From positions 4,865,111 through 4,914,489 of the forward strand of contig MU058824.1 in NCBI GenBank assembly GCA_013265495.1: DNA of 49,379 nt, read 5' to 3'. Shown here piece by piece: positions 27,701 to 40,500 of the stretch. Origin of the DNA: Vicugna vicugna (lineage: Eukaryota). Each line of letters begins with the position of its first letter. Within the stretch, counting starts at the first letter, position 1. The notes beneath the pieces were generated by a model. That model had not been told where the DNA came from. It did not search any database and was given only the letters and a program-made list of their open reading frames with translations. The position numbers and the translations under genes were made by a program.

Positions 27701-30700
27701 GAGACAACTGATGAAGAGACATATTCTTTCCATGGCAGAAAATCCCGGAAGTAGTAGCCTTTCTTGTTCTCCCAAATGTAATGCCCAATTGCTAGGATAA
27801 AACACATGCCGCATAAAAACAGGAAAATCTAGAAATCAAAAAAAGAATTAAATTAACATTTCATCCAAGATATGTGCTGCTTCAGTTCTACCTTTGGAGA
27901 CTTATCTCTCAACAAAGCTGCTCTCTCCTCTTGGAGGGTAAGGGGCCCCGGTAGCTCACAGCCTCTAGGCAGCAGTACACAGGACTGAAAAGAAAGCCCA
28001 GCAGGAGGCATCTTGAGGATTTTGACAGGAGATAACAGTAACCAAAAGATATTAAATATTAATTAAATGCCAGGAACTGTGCTAAGTACTTTATGTATAT
28101 TATTTAATTTGATATTTATAATATCCCTCTTTTAATAATAGATAAGGAACTTGGCAGTAAGAGTGGAAAAGTATTTTGCCTAAAGTCACTTGGCTATTAA
28201 CTAGAAGAGACAGGTTTTGAACCACTTCCAGAAACTAGGCTCTTAATTACTCCATTATTGAAGTGAGGTGCTGCTTCAACAAAAATATAAAATACACATG
28301 TGGCATTGGCTTAGCAGTTGTGGGTGGGTAGGTGGTAAGGAAACTGATTTAAAAGGTTGATAATATGGCAATCATGTTTACAGTAAAGAATTTGGTAAAA
28401 CTGGAAGACAGACCATGTGCCTACTAAGTCTAGAGTTCTAAGGGAAGTGGATGGAAACAATTAGAATATTAGTGTGTTGGCTGACTTTGACAAAAGAAAG
28501 GGTTGAACTAGGGGAATAACAGGCCAATTTATAAGCATAAATGAAAGGAGTAGAGAGATATTTATGTCATCAAAGGCCTGGAAAAGCCTATTACTTTTTG
28601 ACACCAAAGAGGTAAAAAGAGATATGATTGAGATCTTAAGCAAATAAAGCCCAGTAATTCCTTCCAACTGAATAAAGTGGATCAGCCTGGAGGCAATGTT
28701 CAGATTAAAGATGGTACTTTTTTACCTAACCAAGATTATTGTTTCAAACAATTTTCTTGCCATTAGGTTGAGAGAGGAGGGCATGGAGAGACAAGGATGC
28801 AAAGAAATAAGACAAATTTGAGAACTATGTTTAGAAAAGAACTTTGGAAAAGAGGGAATAATACTCTCAAACTCATTTTACAAGGCCAGCATTACCCTGG
28901 TACCAAAGCCAGACAAGGACACTGTAAGAAAAGAAAACTACAGGCCAATATCCCTGATTAGCATAGATACAAAATTTCTCAATAGCAAACCAAATTCAAC
29001 AGTATATTACAAGGATTATACACTGTGATCAAGTGGGATTTGGATATTAATGAAAGAAATTGAAGAAGACAAATAAATGTTGCCTGGATAACTGAGAATT
29101 ATCCATCATTTCCAGTGCTGTGCTCTCTGTCCATTGTTAGATTATGAGTCCTCCAGGACCAGATCTTTCTGTTTGGATTGAGCCAGCAGAAGGAAAATCA
29201 GCTCTATCAGACTAAGCCTGAGAGGGCAGGGCTTCCCCCTCACAGAGGCCTGCAGGAGTAGGACACAGCTCATTCCTAGAGCCTTTCCTGCCATGCTGAA
29301 GCTCTCTAAATCCTTGCAAATGTTCTGTGTTTCTTAAGAAGCATTCATGCTGTGATGGAGTTTATTGATACTTAGTCTCTGAAGCTTCACTTTGCTTCCT
29401 TTCTATATGAAGAAAGAAATAAGGAATTGGTTGTTGCTATAAACCCCAGATGTTACTGTTTATTAGAACTAGTCAGACCCAAGAAGAGCAGATAACCTCG
29501 CATTTAGCAAAGAGTGGTTCCAGTAAAGGCTGAAAGAGATACTCAATTTTGTCACCCTTGACAAAACTGAGAACTAAGGCCGTCGCCATCAGAGGGGGGC
29601 TGCCAGGCTTCATAGGCAGCCTGTTAAAAGAGAGTTAAAAAAAAAAGTCCTTTGACCCTTCACATCTGTGCTTCTGTGCCTTACCCCAGAAGTATATTTT
29701 GGATTTCTGGCATCATTCAAATGTCAAGTACTCTTGCTTTTTTTTGCCCCACAAATACAGTCCTACTCAACAGACAAGGGCTCACAAAGCATTGTCATTA
29801 TGAGCTCTGGTCACTGGGGAGAGGAGGGGATCAAACGTCACCTCAACTATGGACTCATCAGGAAGCAGTTTCATTAAAGACGCTTCCTGTGTCTGCCAGA
29901 TTTCTCCCCTAAGAATTATTTCCAAAAGTGGGGAAAAAATGAAATGTTTAAATCAGGAAGAATTTCTGCTTCAGCTTCAAGAAATGAGAATGTATTACAT
30001 CTAACTACATTGACAATGTCTTGGCAAAAAGAAAAAGAATTGTGATATTTTACATAACAAATAATGGAAAACAGGCAGTTTATAATTCAGCTATTAATGA
30101 GAAATGTACAGAAAGAAAAGGAACTTTTGAATTTTCTAAGTAATAGAGTAAAAATAAAAAGTCATGAAATTAAGAATAGGCAGCACTGGAACCACTCATC
30201 AATGCAAAGAAGTGTATAAGTGAAGAAATTTTTTTTTCATTTTTTTTGACATTTTTTATTGATTTATAATCATTTTACAATGTTGTGTAAGTGAAGAAAT
30301 TAATCTGCCTACATCTAACAAGAATAAAGGAAACCCATACATGATAGCATAGAAATAAGTTAATTAATCTTCAATTTAAACTTCTATTCTCAAAGCGGAT
30401 TATTACCTATTGAATGCTTTTCAAATTTCATTTCTTAGCACCAGAACCCTCTATTTTCCAACTGAAATCTTATAGAATAGATAAGTGTGAAGCTACTTTT
30501 TTTGAACAGGAACTTCAGAATAAGGAGGCCAGAACAAAACTCGCTTGATCTTCTCTATTCTCCCTGCAGCAGACCCTAGACTCCTCTCAGGAAATAGTTT
30601 GAAAATCATCAGTTTAAGTAAGGTGATCTATTATATAAGTCTAAGTAAGGCTTTATTAAAGTGGTCCTGAGTAAAACTGGTTACGAGAAAAAAAAATTTT

Positions 30701-31555
30701 AAAAAAAATTTCTAAAGCAGAGTCCTTAATCCATTCTGGTACCACTAATCAAAGTATCAAACCCTAAACAAGTTGTGACTGTCTTCCACAACAGAGGTAT
30801 AAACTTGAGACTCCCTTGTCAGTGAGCTCTGTTCTTTTTTGCCTCAGACGTTAGTATGTGGGGTCCTAAAGCTGCTTGAGACTTTCAAACAACTAAATTC
30901 CTAGTTGGAAATATCAGCTACTGCTGTGGAAGGAAGGGAATTATGCCTATTTATATTAAAAAAAAAACACACACACACAGAAAAAAGTCTTTAACTTACC
31001 CAGAGAACAAGGACATTCATGAGATGGTCTATGTGTGTCCGTTTAAAGGCAGACTTTCCACCGTTCTGCATTAATTTGGTGTCTGGCCCTAAGTGAAACA
31101 GGGAGACATAACCTTTTAGAATCACTGAATATTCTCAAGAGTATTGAAATTGGGTTGAAATGTACCTTTATGATTGCTTTATCAAACTCCTTTCCAATAC
31201 TAGGGGATAAAGCCCTGGAGAAAGGCTCATAGTTGGTGTCAATAACTCAAAGAATGGAAAATTTGTTTCTAAGGATAATCTCAACTACTTCTGCAAACTG
31301 CATCCATGCTGACCCCTCCCTTTCTAGGCAGCATCTTAGACAGTCTAGTCTTTGATAGATAAGTCAGAATAGGAGCCACTGGCTTCTCTTGCATCTGGTT
31401 TATTTAGTTTAGAAAAGGGATTTTCTGATAAGGAAATCCATACCTTTTGAGGAAACCCACCGGTGGATGAGGTTCTATTTAAAGTTTCTAACTAGGAAAA
31501 GGAGAAAGGAAAAGGCCGAGGCAGTGTTTTCTTCTGAGGTGGAAGCTTGGCTTGC

Positions 31556-31590
<35 letters not shown>

Positions 31591-34500
31591 TAATTAATTA
31601 AGTCCATTTAATTAATTTTTAAAATGGAGGTGCTGGGGATCGAACCCAGGACATCCCGCATGCTAAGCACCGCTCCACCACTGAGTCATACCCTTTTCTC
31701 CTGAGAGGGAAGCTTAGGAACTGATACCTCTCCGGAGCTGAGAGACAGAGACTGTCTTTATAACAGAGCAGACAGTAAATAGAAACAAAGAGCTTTTAAT
31801 GGCCACTGGGGACCAGAGCTGGAAATTACTGACCAGAGATATGGCTGCAGAGAAAACATAGGAGGCTTGAAAGAAAATATAAGTAATTTCCCTGGCCTTT
31901 TACCATCTGATTATTGTTCTTACATATACTCTAATGAAGGAATTTCGTCAATGCTTACTCATGGGGGAGCTGGGACTTTCCTGACATATGGGCAAACACT
32001 GAGAATGCAGGGCATAGGCTATGCCATTCTTTCCTCTAAAGCATTCCCTGAAGGGCCTGAAGTCATGAGAAGTTTGGCTCAAGCCTGGAAGTCAAAAGAG
32101 ACACAATCTCCCACGGGTCTTTACAGAGACTGACCCTCCCCCAAGTTTCGAGAAGAATGTGGGGATCATGGTAGAACTTGGATATCATGTAACAGGATCA
32201 GCAACTCAGTTCTACTCTGAATACTTTGGGGTGCTCTTAGGCGGCATCAGTTCTCCTCTGCTCTGAGCTTCCCAAAGCCCCCAAAAGATTTTTCACTACC
32301 GTGTATCCAACCAAGACTCAGAAGAAAACATGAACTAAATTTGGGCTGGTTGGCAACCTCACTGCTATTGCTTTAGGGAAAATTTGCTGAAAAATGAGCT
32401 TTTTTATGTGTGGCAATGTGTGGGGCTAGCTGCTGAAGCAGAGTGAAGAAACTAAGTCTACTTCAAATCTTTGGGTCTGGGACTGGTCAGCATACAAGCT
32501 GCCACTCTAGGTCAAGAATCAGTGAAAGAAGTTCCACCAAGGCCTCCCTGGACTCTTAAGCTTCTCTCTAGGGTTTGGATCCCATTATTTTCCACAGAAG
32601 TGAGGCATCCAGAATCCCTATGTCTAGGGGTGAATTCTCTAGAAGGGGAGCTGAGTTGAGTGGTATTCACTGTGGGAAACCCTCCTCAGTGCCATCTTCA
32701 GGGTCCCATCTTCTTACCATGATTGTTGTCATCAATGCCCACTGTCACTGAGGGCATAGGGGAGCAATGAAGCTTCCTCCACTTTCCTGCACAACATCAA
32801 AATCCAAGACAATCTCTCACTAACCATAAGGGATTATGGTTCTAAATGCCATCTCAAGATGGGCCACTGCTAATGAGCCACATGTGCCATTTCTCTGCTG
32901 TGAACACTTCATATTGTATTTTATATTCTTCATAATGAGCACTGTGTTTATTCTCTCCTCATGGGAATTATGCACACGTATACACTCCCCTTCCACATGT
33001 TCCCTGTACATATGCTAACTCTATGTATATACCTTCTCTTGTGTCCAGATATGGTTAGAAGGACTCATGAGTGCTCCATGGTCTTGGAACACAAAGACTT
33101 CCTCTAACAAAGGCAGGGCTCATATGCTAGCAGCTCATTGCTTGGGGAAAAAAGTCATTTTTTTCCTAAGAAAAAAGTTTTTTCTTAAATCTTCCATCTA
33201 TCTATCCATCTACCTGCCTCACTTTCTATCTGTCTCAAAAGCCATAGTGTTTTGGTATATTATCTGAGCACCATATCTACAATCCCGAAAACTAAGTATC
33301 CACAACGCGGCTACAAATAGAATGCAGCAGGCTGGGGGTCTGTGGCCCCAGGAAGACGTACCAGTAAAAACCACCAAGCCATAGCACCAATCAGTATTCC
33401 TAATGACGCAACCTCGGAAAATCAGCCTATCATGGTTCAGGATGTAGTTTTTTCCCTTATAAGTCAGTGTTCCTGTGAATCTGTCCAACCTGTTATTGGG
33501 AGACTCACATCTCACTTCTCCTGAAAACAAACAAACAAAAAAGGAATAAGAGTCCTGACTCTGTAATCTTAATTTACAGGACAGAGGAGGCTCAACAGAA
33601 AAGAGGAAGGAACGTCCCTCTTTCAAAATATATACATATCTTTTTCCTATCATCTCTCAGCTGCTGCCCTTTTCTCACCAGCTCCCTTTAGAAAGGCAGA
33701 CAAAGGTTTCTGGGCATCAAAGAAGAGTAATTCTGTGACATGGGTTCATCCCGAGAGAGAACAACTCACATAACTTATCATCCATCAGTACTTCCAGATC
33801 AAAAAAGCTGAATCTGAAGAAATTTTAAAACTACTTAGAGCAAATCTAGTATTTTTTAAAAATGGAAATAATTTGACTTTTTCACAATTAGTAAAGTAAA
33901 AGGGGCCCTTTGTAAATATATATACAACATTAAAATGAGAAAGGAAAAAGTAAAATTGACCCACTGCCTAGAGATAAGTGCAATTAAACTTCTGCAGTAC
34001 AACCTTTCAAGATTTTTCCTATACATAAACTCATAAACATATATATGTTCCCCCAAATAAGTCTATGTTATATATACTATGCATAGTGCATTGTATTCTT
34101 TTTTTACTTAATACCATGTTGTATTTTTCCATGTAAATAAATATCAACTTGCATATTTTAAAATAAGTGATATAGAATCCACTATACAAATGTACCAAAC
34201 TTTATTTAACCAGATCTCTACTGATAAAAAATTTGGGTTGGCAAACCTATTTCCTAACTTACCATCGAAGGCAGACAGCAGCTTCAGGTTATCTTCCATG
34301 TCACTGGTAACTGAGATGGCTTGTTTCACTTTCAGGTTGGTTTCACTAGAGTAAAGGATGCACAGTCACCAGAGTACAAGACACATACACAACAGCAGCA
34401 CAGGTCCAATTTCACCTCCTTTAAAAAGAGATGTTGCCAACAGAGCTTGGGCTACAGGCTTGAGCAGTAAGAGTCACTCCCACTGATATCCTTTCTCAAG

Positions 34501-37500
34501 GACAGTACTGAGGTGGGATGGTCCCACAAGGAAGCTGAGTGTTAGCTCACTCACTCCCCTCTCTCTCTGCTCTCACTCCCTGTAACACATCACCATTGTT
34601 TTAACCATCCTATGAGAGATTGCTGGTCAGATGAAGAAGAGAAGCAGAAGAAATATTACAAAACAACCAGGAGGTGGTACCTGCTCCCTTCAAGAGTAAG
34701 AAGCAGGTCCTGGTACGAACTTGAATGCACCTCCAAGTAAACATACTTCTCATCTTATATTTACAGGACCCATGAAGGGATCCCAATTAACCATTTGCTG
34801 ATACAGAAATAGACAGAAATAAAAAAGAAGTCACACTTCAAAAAGTTTGTGGGTGCCAAGAGGAATAGCTGTAAGAATACAGATTGATACAAAATTCCAC
34901 AGGACAAGCTCTCTGAAGATAGCCTCCATATTCCTAAGCTTCTGCACATCAGTGAATTTCTACCTTAAATCCATTCTAGAACATGGTGTTTTATCAGTAC
35001 TTAAGTACCTCCATACTCACTCCCCCCACCCTGAAAACTTTGGAACTCTATTCTGAAATTTTACAGCTCTGTTAATCTCTTTCCTGCCATTCAGCACTAC
35101 TAAATTTTGTCAGAGAGTGCCTCCAGTATAGAGAAGAATAATATATTGTTAATCTGCCAAGATTCTGCACCCAGTGGATGCTCAATTGTTGCTGTCAAGA
35201 GCTCAGCCTTAGACTTGAGGTTTCAGAGTCTGGCCTTCTATCTTATCTGGATATTTCTAGCCTCTTTTAGCACTTCATTCTCTGCATCATGCTCTCCCTC
35301 AGTGAGAAATCACTGTAAGCTGGCACAACTGTCTTAGTGGAATATCAGGAGGAAACACTCACCCATCCAGTTCAGCTGTCTCTATATACGTCAGACTGTA
35401 GGGCTCACTGCTAGAGAGCAATAGTATATCAGCCTGCGGTCAGAAAAGTCAGAGAAGATAAGGCAGGAAGGCAGACTCTTAACATAACAGGGTGACAAAA
35501 CAGATGTCCATTCTAAGAATTTTAGAGACATTTGGTTTACTTTCTCTGTCTAGGACCCATCACTGCTACCACTACTCCCTTCTCCCAAAACTAGTCATAC
35601 TTTACCTGTAGCTATGGTGAGAAGTGGACAAAAATAAACTTCTTACCACATGAGCTGATGATCTCTGGATGCAGAGTGAGGCAGATGAAGGTCACCAAAA
35701 GCAGTGGCCACAGAAGTGCTAAAAGGGTTCCTACTCAAGCCAAAAGAGAAAAAGCCACAGCCCAAAGAGGTACTCACCGTGACAAGCTGATTATTTTCTA
35801 GTTTTATTATATCTCCCACTTGGATATTCATCCATTTGTCTGTCACTATTCTGTAAGAAAATGAACATTGAATGCCTGTATGCCTGCTCTGAAATTTCAC
35901 CACAGCCCTGTTTTGACAATCAAGGGGGAAAAAAAAGTTGAGATGAACTCAAGGCTCAGAGGAGGAAAAAACTGGTGTCTGACACATCTTTGCTACAATA
36001 AAGAATGGTGTCCATTTCTCTTGACTTTAGGGTATGAGTTTTCTAAACCTCTATAAAGGTATATGTAGACATACATGCACATTTTTCTTTAAGTAAAGTA
36101 ATATATGCATATGGTAAAAAATAGTTCAAATAATAAAGAAGTATATAAAAGGAAACAGTAAAGCCTCCTCTCTCCCCAGATTCTAGTTTTGCTTCCTCAG
36201 GGTAGACATCGTAATTTTTTGCATTTTTTTCTAGAAAATATCAATCCATATAATCATATACAAGATACACATTTAAAAGTTACAGGACCCATGAAGGGAT
36301 CCCAATAACCATTTGCTGATACAGAAATACACGAGAGACAGAAGTAAAAAAGATAATTTTCTGCACTTTGCATTTTTCATTTAATAATATATCTTAGAGA
36401 ACAGTTATAGAAGACGTGGCTCATTCCTTTTGATAACTAAAATGTGGCTTTTAACTAAAGATGCACTTGTAATCAGAATTACTGAAAAATTAAAATGACA
36501 GAAATCACAACTTGAAAAAGAAACTTTTCCAACAGCAGCTCTGCTCAAACCCAGGTGCTCTAGAAAAGGGAAGCCACTTTCTGGAATACAGACTGTTTCA
36601 ACAGTGAGCCTCCCCCCAAGTGTTAAATTAGTCAGATGTTCACTGGCTTACAAAGTCTAACCAGGGCCCTGCTTGTGAACTCCTACCCTGAAGCCACTCT
36701 AAGACAAATTCTTCTCCAATAATCTTATAAATCCCAAGTGCTGACACTACTTGGGTAATTCACTGGACTAAATTCATTTGGTCAGTACATCCATAGCCTT
36801 GCAATTTCTAATACACTAAGTTTTATCTTTTCTATTTCTAGCACCTTCCTTCTTTTCTTTTAAAATTTTCTTTTTAATCACAATTGACTTCTTTGGAAGT
36901 ACGTTATGAGGGGCTTCAACAGACCAAAACACTTGAGAAAATAATTCACAATGAGTCAGAATCAGCAGCCACAATAAATAATAGGATTAGATGCCCAAGG
37001 ACTTCATGTAATAGAATTATATGATTAAAACCAAAGCTACTGATACATATATAATGGAATATTCCTCAGACATAAAAACGTATGAACTTTCGCCATTTTC
37101 AATGACATGGATGGGCTTGGAGGGTATTATGCTAAGTGAAATAAGTCAGATGGACAAAAACAAATACTGTATGATATCACTTATATATGGAATCTAAAAA
37201 ATTACAACAAACTAGTGAATATAATTTAAAAAGAAGCAAATTCACATTTATAGAGAACAAACTAGTGGTTACCAGTGGGGAGAGGGGAGAGGGAGGGGGA
37301 ATATAAACATAGCAGATTAAGAGGTACAACTATTATATACAAAATAAGCTACGAAAGTATATTGTACAACACAGAGAATATAGCCAATATTTTATAATAA
37401 CTATAAATGGAGTATAACCTTTAAAAATTGTGAATTACTATATTATACACCTATAACATATATTATATTATACAACTACACTTCAATTAATATATATTAT

Positions 37501-40500
37501 ATATATTATATATTATACTTTTAATATATATTATATATTAAAAAACTATAGCTACTGGGTATTCTTAAGGTCACCATGAAATAAAGACTGGACCTCAATC
37601 ATGAATTCCTTCAGGTTTGTACTTCTTTGCGATCATGCTTCTGCACACACTGGTCACCTTTCCTTTCATACAATCTCTATTTGTTGAATCCCTCCCCATC
37701 CCTTAAGGCTAGTACAAACATCACCTCCTCCAGAAAGTCTTCCTTGATTCCTTTAGCCAGCTATGATTGCTCATTTTTATTAATTCTTGTGATAATTTTT
37801 GTATCTCTTATGATAATCTCCATATTTTGCCTTATACAGGAATCATGCTTGCCTCCCTCCATTCCTGCCAAAGGTAAATTACTCAAAATTTTTCAAGACC
37901 CCACCAAATATAAACACTGACCCAACATTTTAGTTAGCTATGACCAAACACCACAGCAATGGGGTCAACACCAATACTTTCTTTAGAGTGTTAACAAAAA
38001 GATGTCCTAACCAGAGTCTGTAGTAGAATGGTCAGTAAGTCATGTAGAATCCATTGATGTTCTAAAGACAGATGTCTCTATGCTGACTAGAAATAATCAC
38101 TTGCATATTAATACCATGTCATATTTTATTAATTGTTTTAATATATATTATTTCATTTTTCATTTTTTACAAGCATCCTCTAAGGTAGAGAATATTATCT
38201 CCACTTTATAGATAAGAAATATGAGGCCCAGAGAGGTCTGAGGTCACGTAGCAAATTCAAAGTATGCTAGATCTAGAAAAACAAATTCTTCTTATGTGCA
38301 ACCTGAGGTTCTTTTCACTGCCTTAAATTACCTTTCCAAAGCACCCAGCACATCAAGCTTCAGCAAGACCAATCCTCTCCCAAAGCCAGTCCTACCTAAA
38401 CTGGCTTCCCTAGAAGGACTTACCTGCCATTCATCAGCACCAGAACAGAACGATTGTTGACTTGGTTGTCATTTTTATGCCTTTTCTAAAATTACACAAG
38501 AAAATGTTCAGGAAATAGACATAGAGCAAACTCCATGTAGGAGGTTAATATTCTGAAGTATTATTCAATGTAGTTCCCCTTTTTTATAACTCTCCCTTAT
38601 CCCAACCCCCAACAAGACCTTCTACCATTAAAACCAGGCAAAGAGGTTGATTTTCTCTGAGAAGCTGAGAAGGGAGGCCAGAGAAAGAACCAAGGGAGAA
38701 GAGAGTGACAAAGTCTTGGATTTAATGTCAAGAGTCAAAGCCTAGGGTAACGAGAAAAGACAACTTCTGTCAAAAGCCACAGAGGAGAGAATGCAAAATG
38801 ATGGGCAGGACTGGAGCCTTGCACACATTGGTAGGTGCAGGGAAGTTAAGTTTTCACAGGCATACCCTTCCCCCGACCCCCAACCACAGTCAACACAAGA
38901 AGCTTCTACAGTGGATGCAATGAGGAAAGAGGAATAGAGGTCTTCTACTCAAAGACCAAAGGGGACAAATAAGGGTATGTCCTGATGCTAAGATGAATCC
39001 CCTCCTGCCTGTTGAGATTATTCCCTGGAGAAAGGGCAGGACTGGGAAGAGGGCAGAAAGAATCCTGAATATTTGGAGAATATTTATCCTAAAGAGACTG
39101 AGTTCTAAACTAGAAGCAACTGGGTGTGTCATTCTGAATTGGCAAGTTTCGTTTTTAGCTCTCATTAAAAAGGGCTGGGATAGTGGAGTGGTGGTTGTGC
39201 ACTACACTGAGTTTAGTTGTAGAAAATTAAAGCTACATTTTTCCCCACATCTGAGTTGTGATTGAAATTTAAACACTATATGTGCTAATTCTGGGTTTAA
39301 AGAGTTATAGAGTTAAAGAGCTGGAGAAAAAAGCTCTTTAAACTTGCGTCTAAAAATCTATCCTGACAAAGTCAGAAGGACTCTCTTAGGAAATCCTCAA
39401 GTAGATCAACAGGATGAACTTCCAAGCCTCACTAGTAGGCATGGTACTGGATCCTCACCCTCACCCTTCCAAGACCAGCCTGCGGTGGGGAGCAAAGAGG
39501 AAGCCACGCAGCACTGACTGGAAGCCAGCTTCTCCTCCAAGGCCAGGAAAGGCGTTAGCCTCTGTTATGCCATGATGCTTTCTAAACCGAGGGTTCCTAA
39601 CTATGTGCACCTGGTAGAATTGAAAGGTGGAAAGGGAAACAGGGAGACCTGGAGAGGAGAAGGGGAATGTTGAAAGGGAAAAGAAATGTAAGAACAGGAG
39701 AAAGTGGGAGAGGCAGAGGGACAAAAAGAGGAACATAAAAATGAGAGAAAGGGGAATGCAAGAAGAAGGGTGAGAGCAAATCTGGAGACAGCAAACCCAG
39801 GGAAGGAAGAGGTAGGTTATTAAAAAGGACATGGAGGGCAGCCTGGAAAAAGGTGGCAGTAGGAAGACAGAAAGGCCTTGTGTTACTCTTTTCTGGGTAT
39901 GTACAGATCACCAATCTTGGGCTTAAGGGAATTACATATTCCTCTGGGGTGGATGAGGACACAGGGAAAGGACACGTCTCTTTCCTTTCAGTGCTTCTTC
40001 CTAGCACTAGGCAGTTCTGGGAAGTCCTTACCCCCAGGCTGACCATGTACAGTGAGGGACTAGAGGCCCAGGAGGCTACTTCACCATGTCATCGATGCCA
40101 TCTTTCACCGCTGTTATGGATAGCACCACCATTAGGGGTATCACAGTCGTGTACCATGCCAAGGAGGAGATCTGGGGAATCAACTGGGAGAGGGAAGAAG
40201 AGAGAAACTTGGGTAAGAAAGCTTAAAGGACAATGTACTTCCCCCTACCCTACCACCATTTTCACCTCCCTAGACTCATAATAAGTTCCACTATCCTAGT
40301 TGCTTTCCACTGTCGTAGCCTCCAAATAACCACCCAAATACAAGGAAACATCTCCTAGGAAAGGATAAAAGAGATGGTAAGTTGGCCATGCATCTGTCCT
40401 GAGCTCTACTACCTTTCTCTTGATGGCAAAGAGCCACTTCCCCCCTGATAATGAAGGTGCTGTGGGTAGGGGTGTTGAGAGTAGACATGGGAAAACCACG

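Larger units (their letters stand above)
34761..36353. repeat. dispersed ~70-bp direct repeat pair (34761-34828 and 36280-36353)
   Basis: ttacaggacccatgaagggatcccaat(t)aaccatttgctgatacagaaata...agacagaa(a/g)taaaaaaga is present twice. Confidence 0.9.

Noticed and set aside
31620..31693. tRNA gene
   Set aside because: The tRNA-like boxes are followed by an A-rich tail and flanked by a TSD, and the cloverleaf is degenerate, so this is a SINE
34761..34828. Intronic snoRNA or miRNA explaining the duplicated 70-mer
   Set aside because: No C/D or H/ACA box arrangement or long hairpin on the host (minus) strand
39461..40281. Long ORFs of 123-149 aa on both strands
   Set aside because: They arise from low-complexity purine/pyrimidine tracts and the antisense shadow of exon C; no protein family signal
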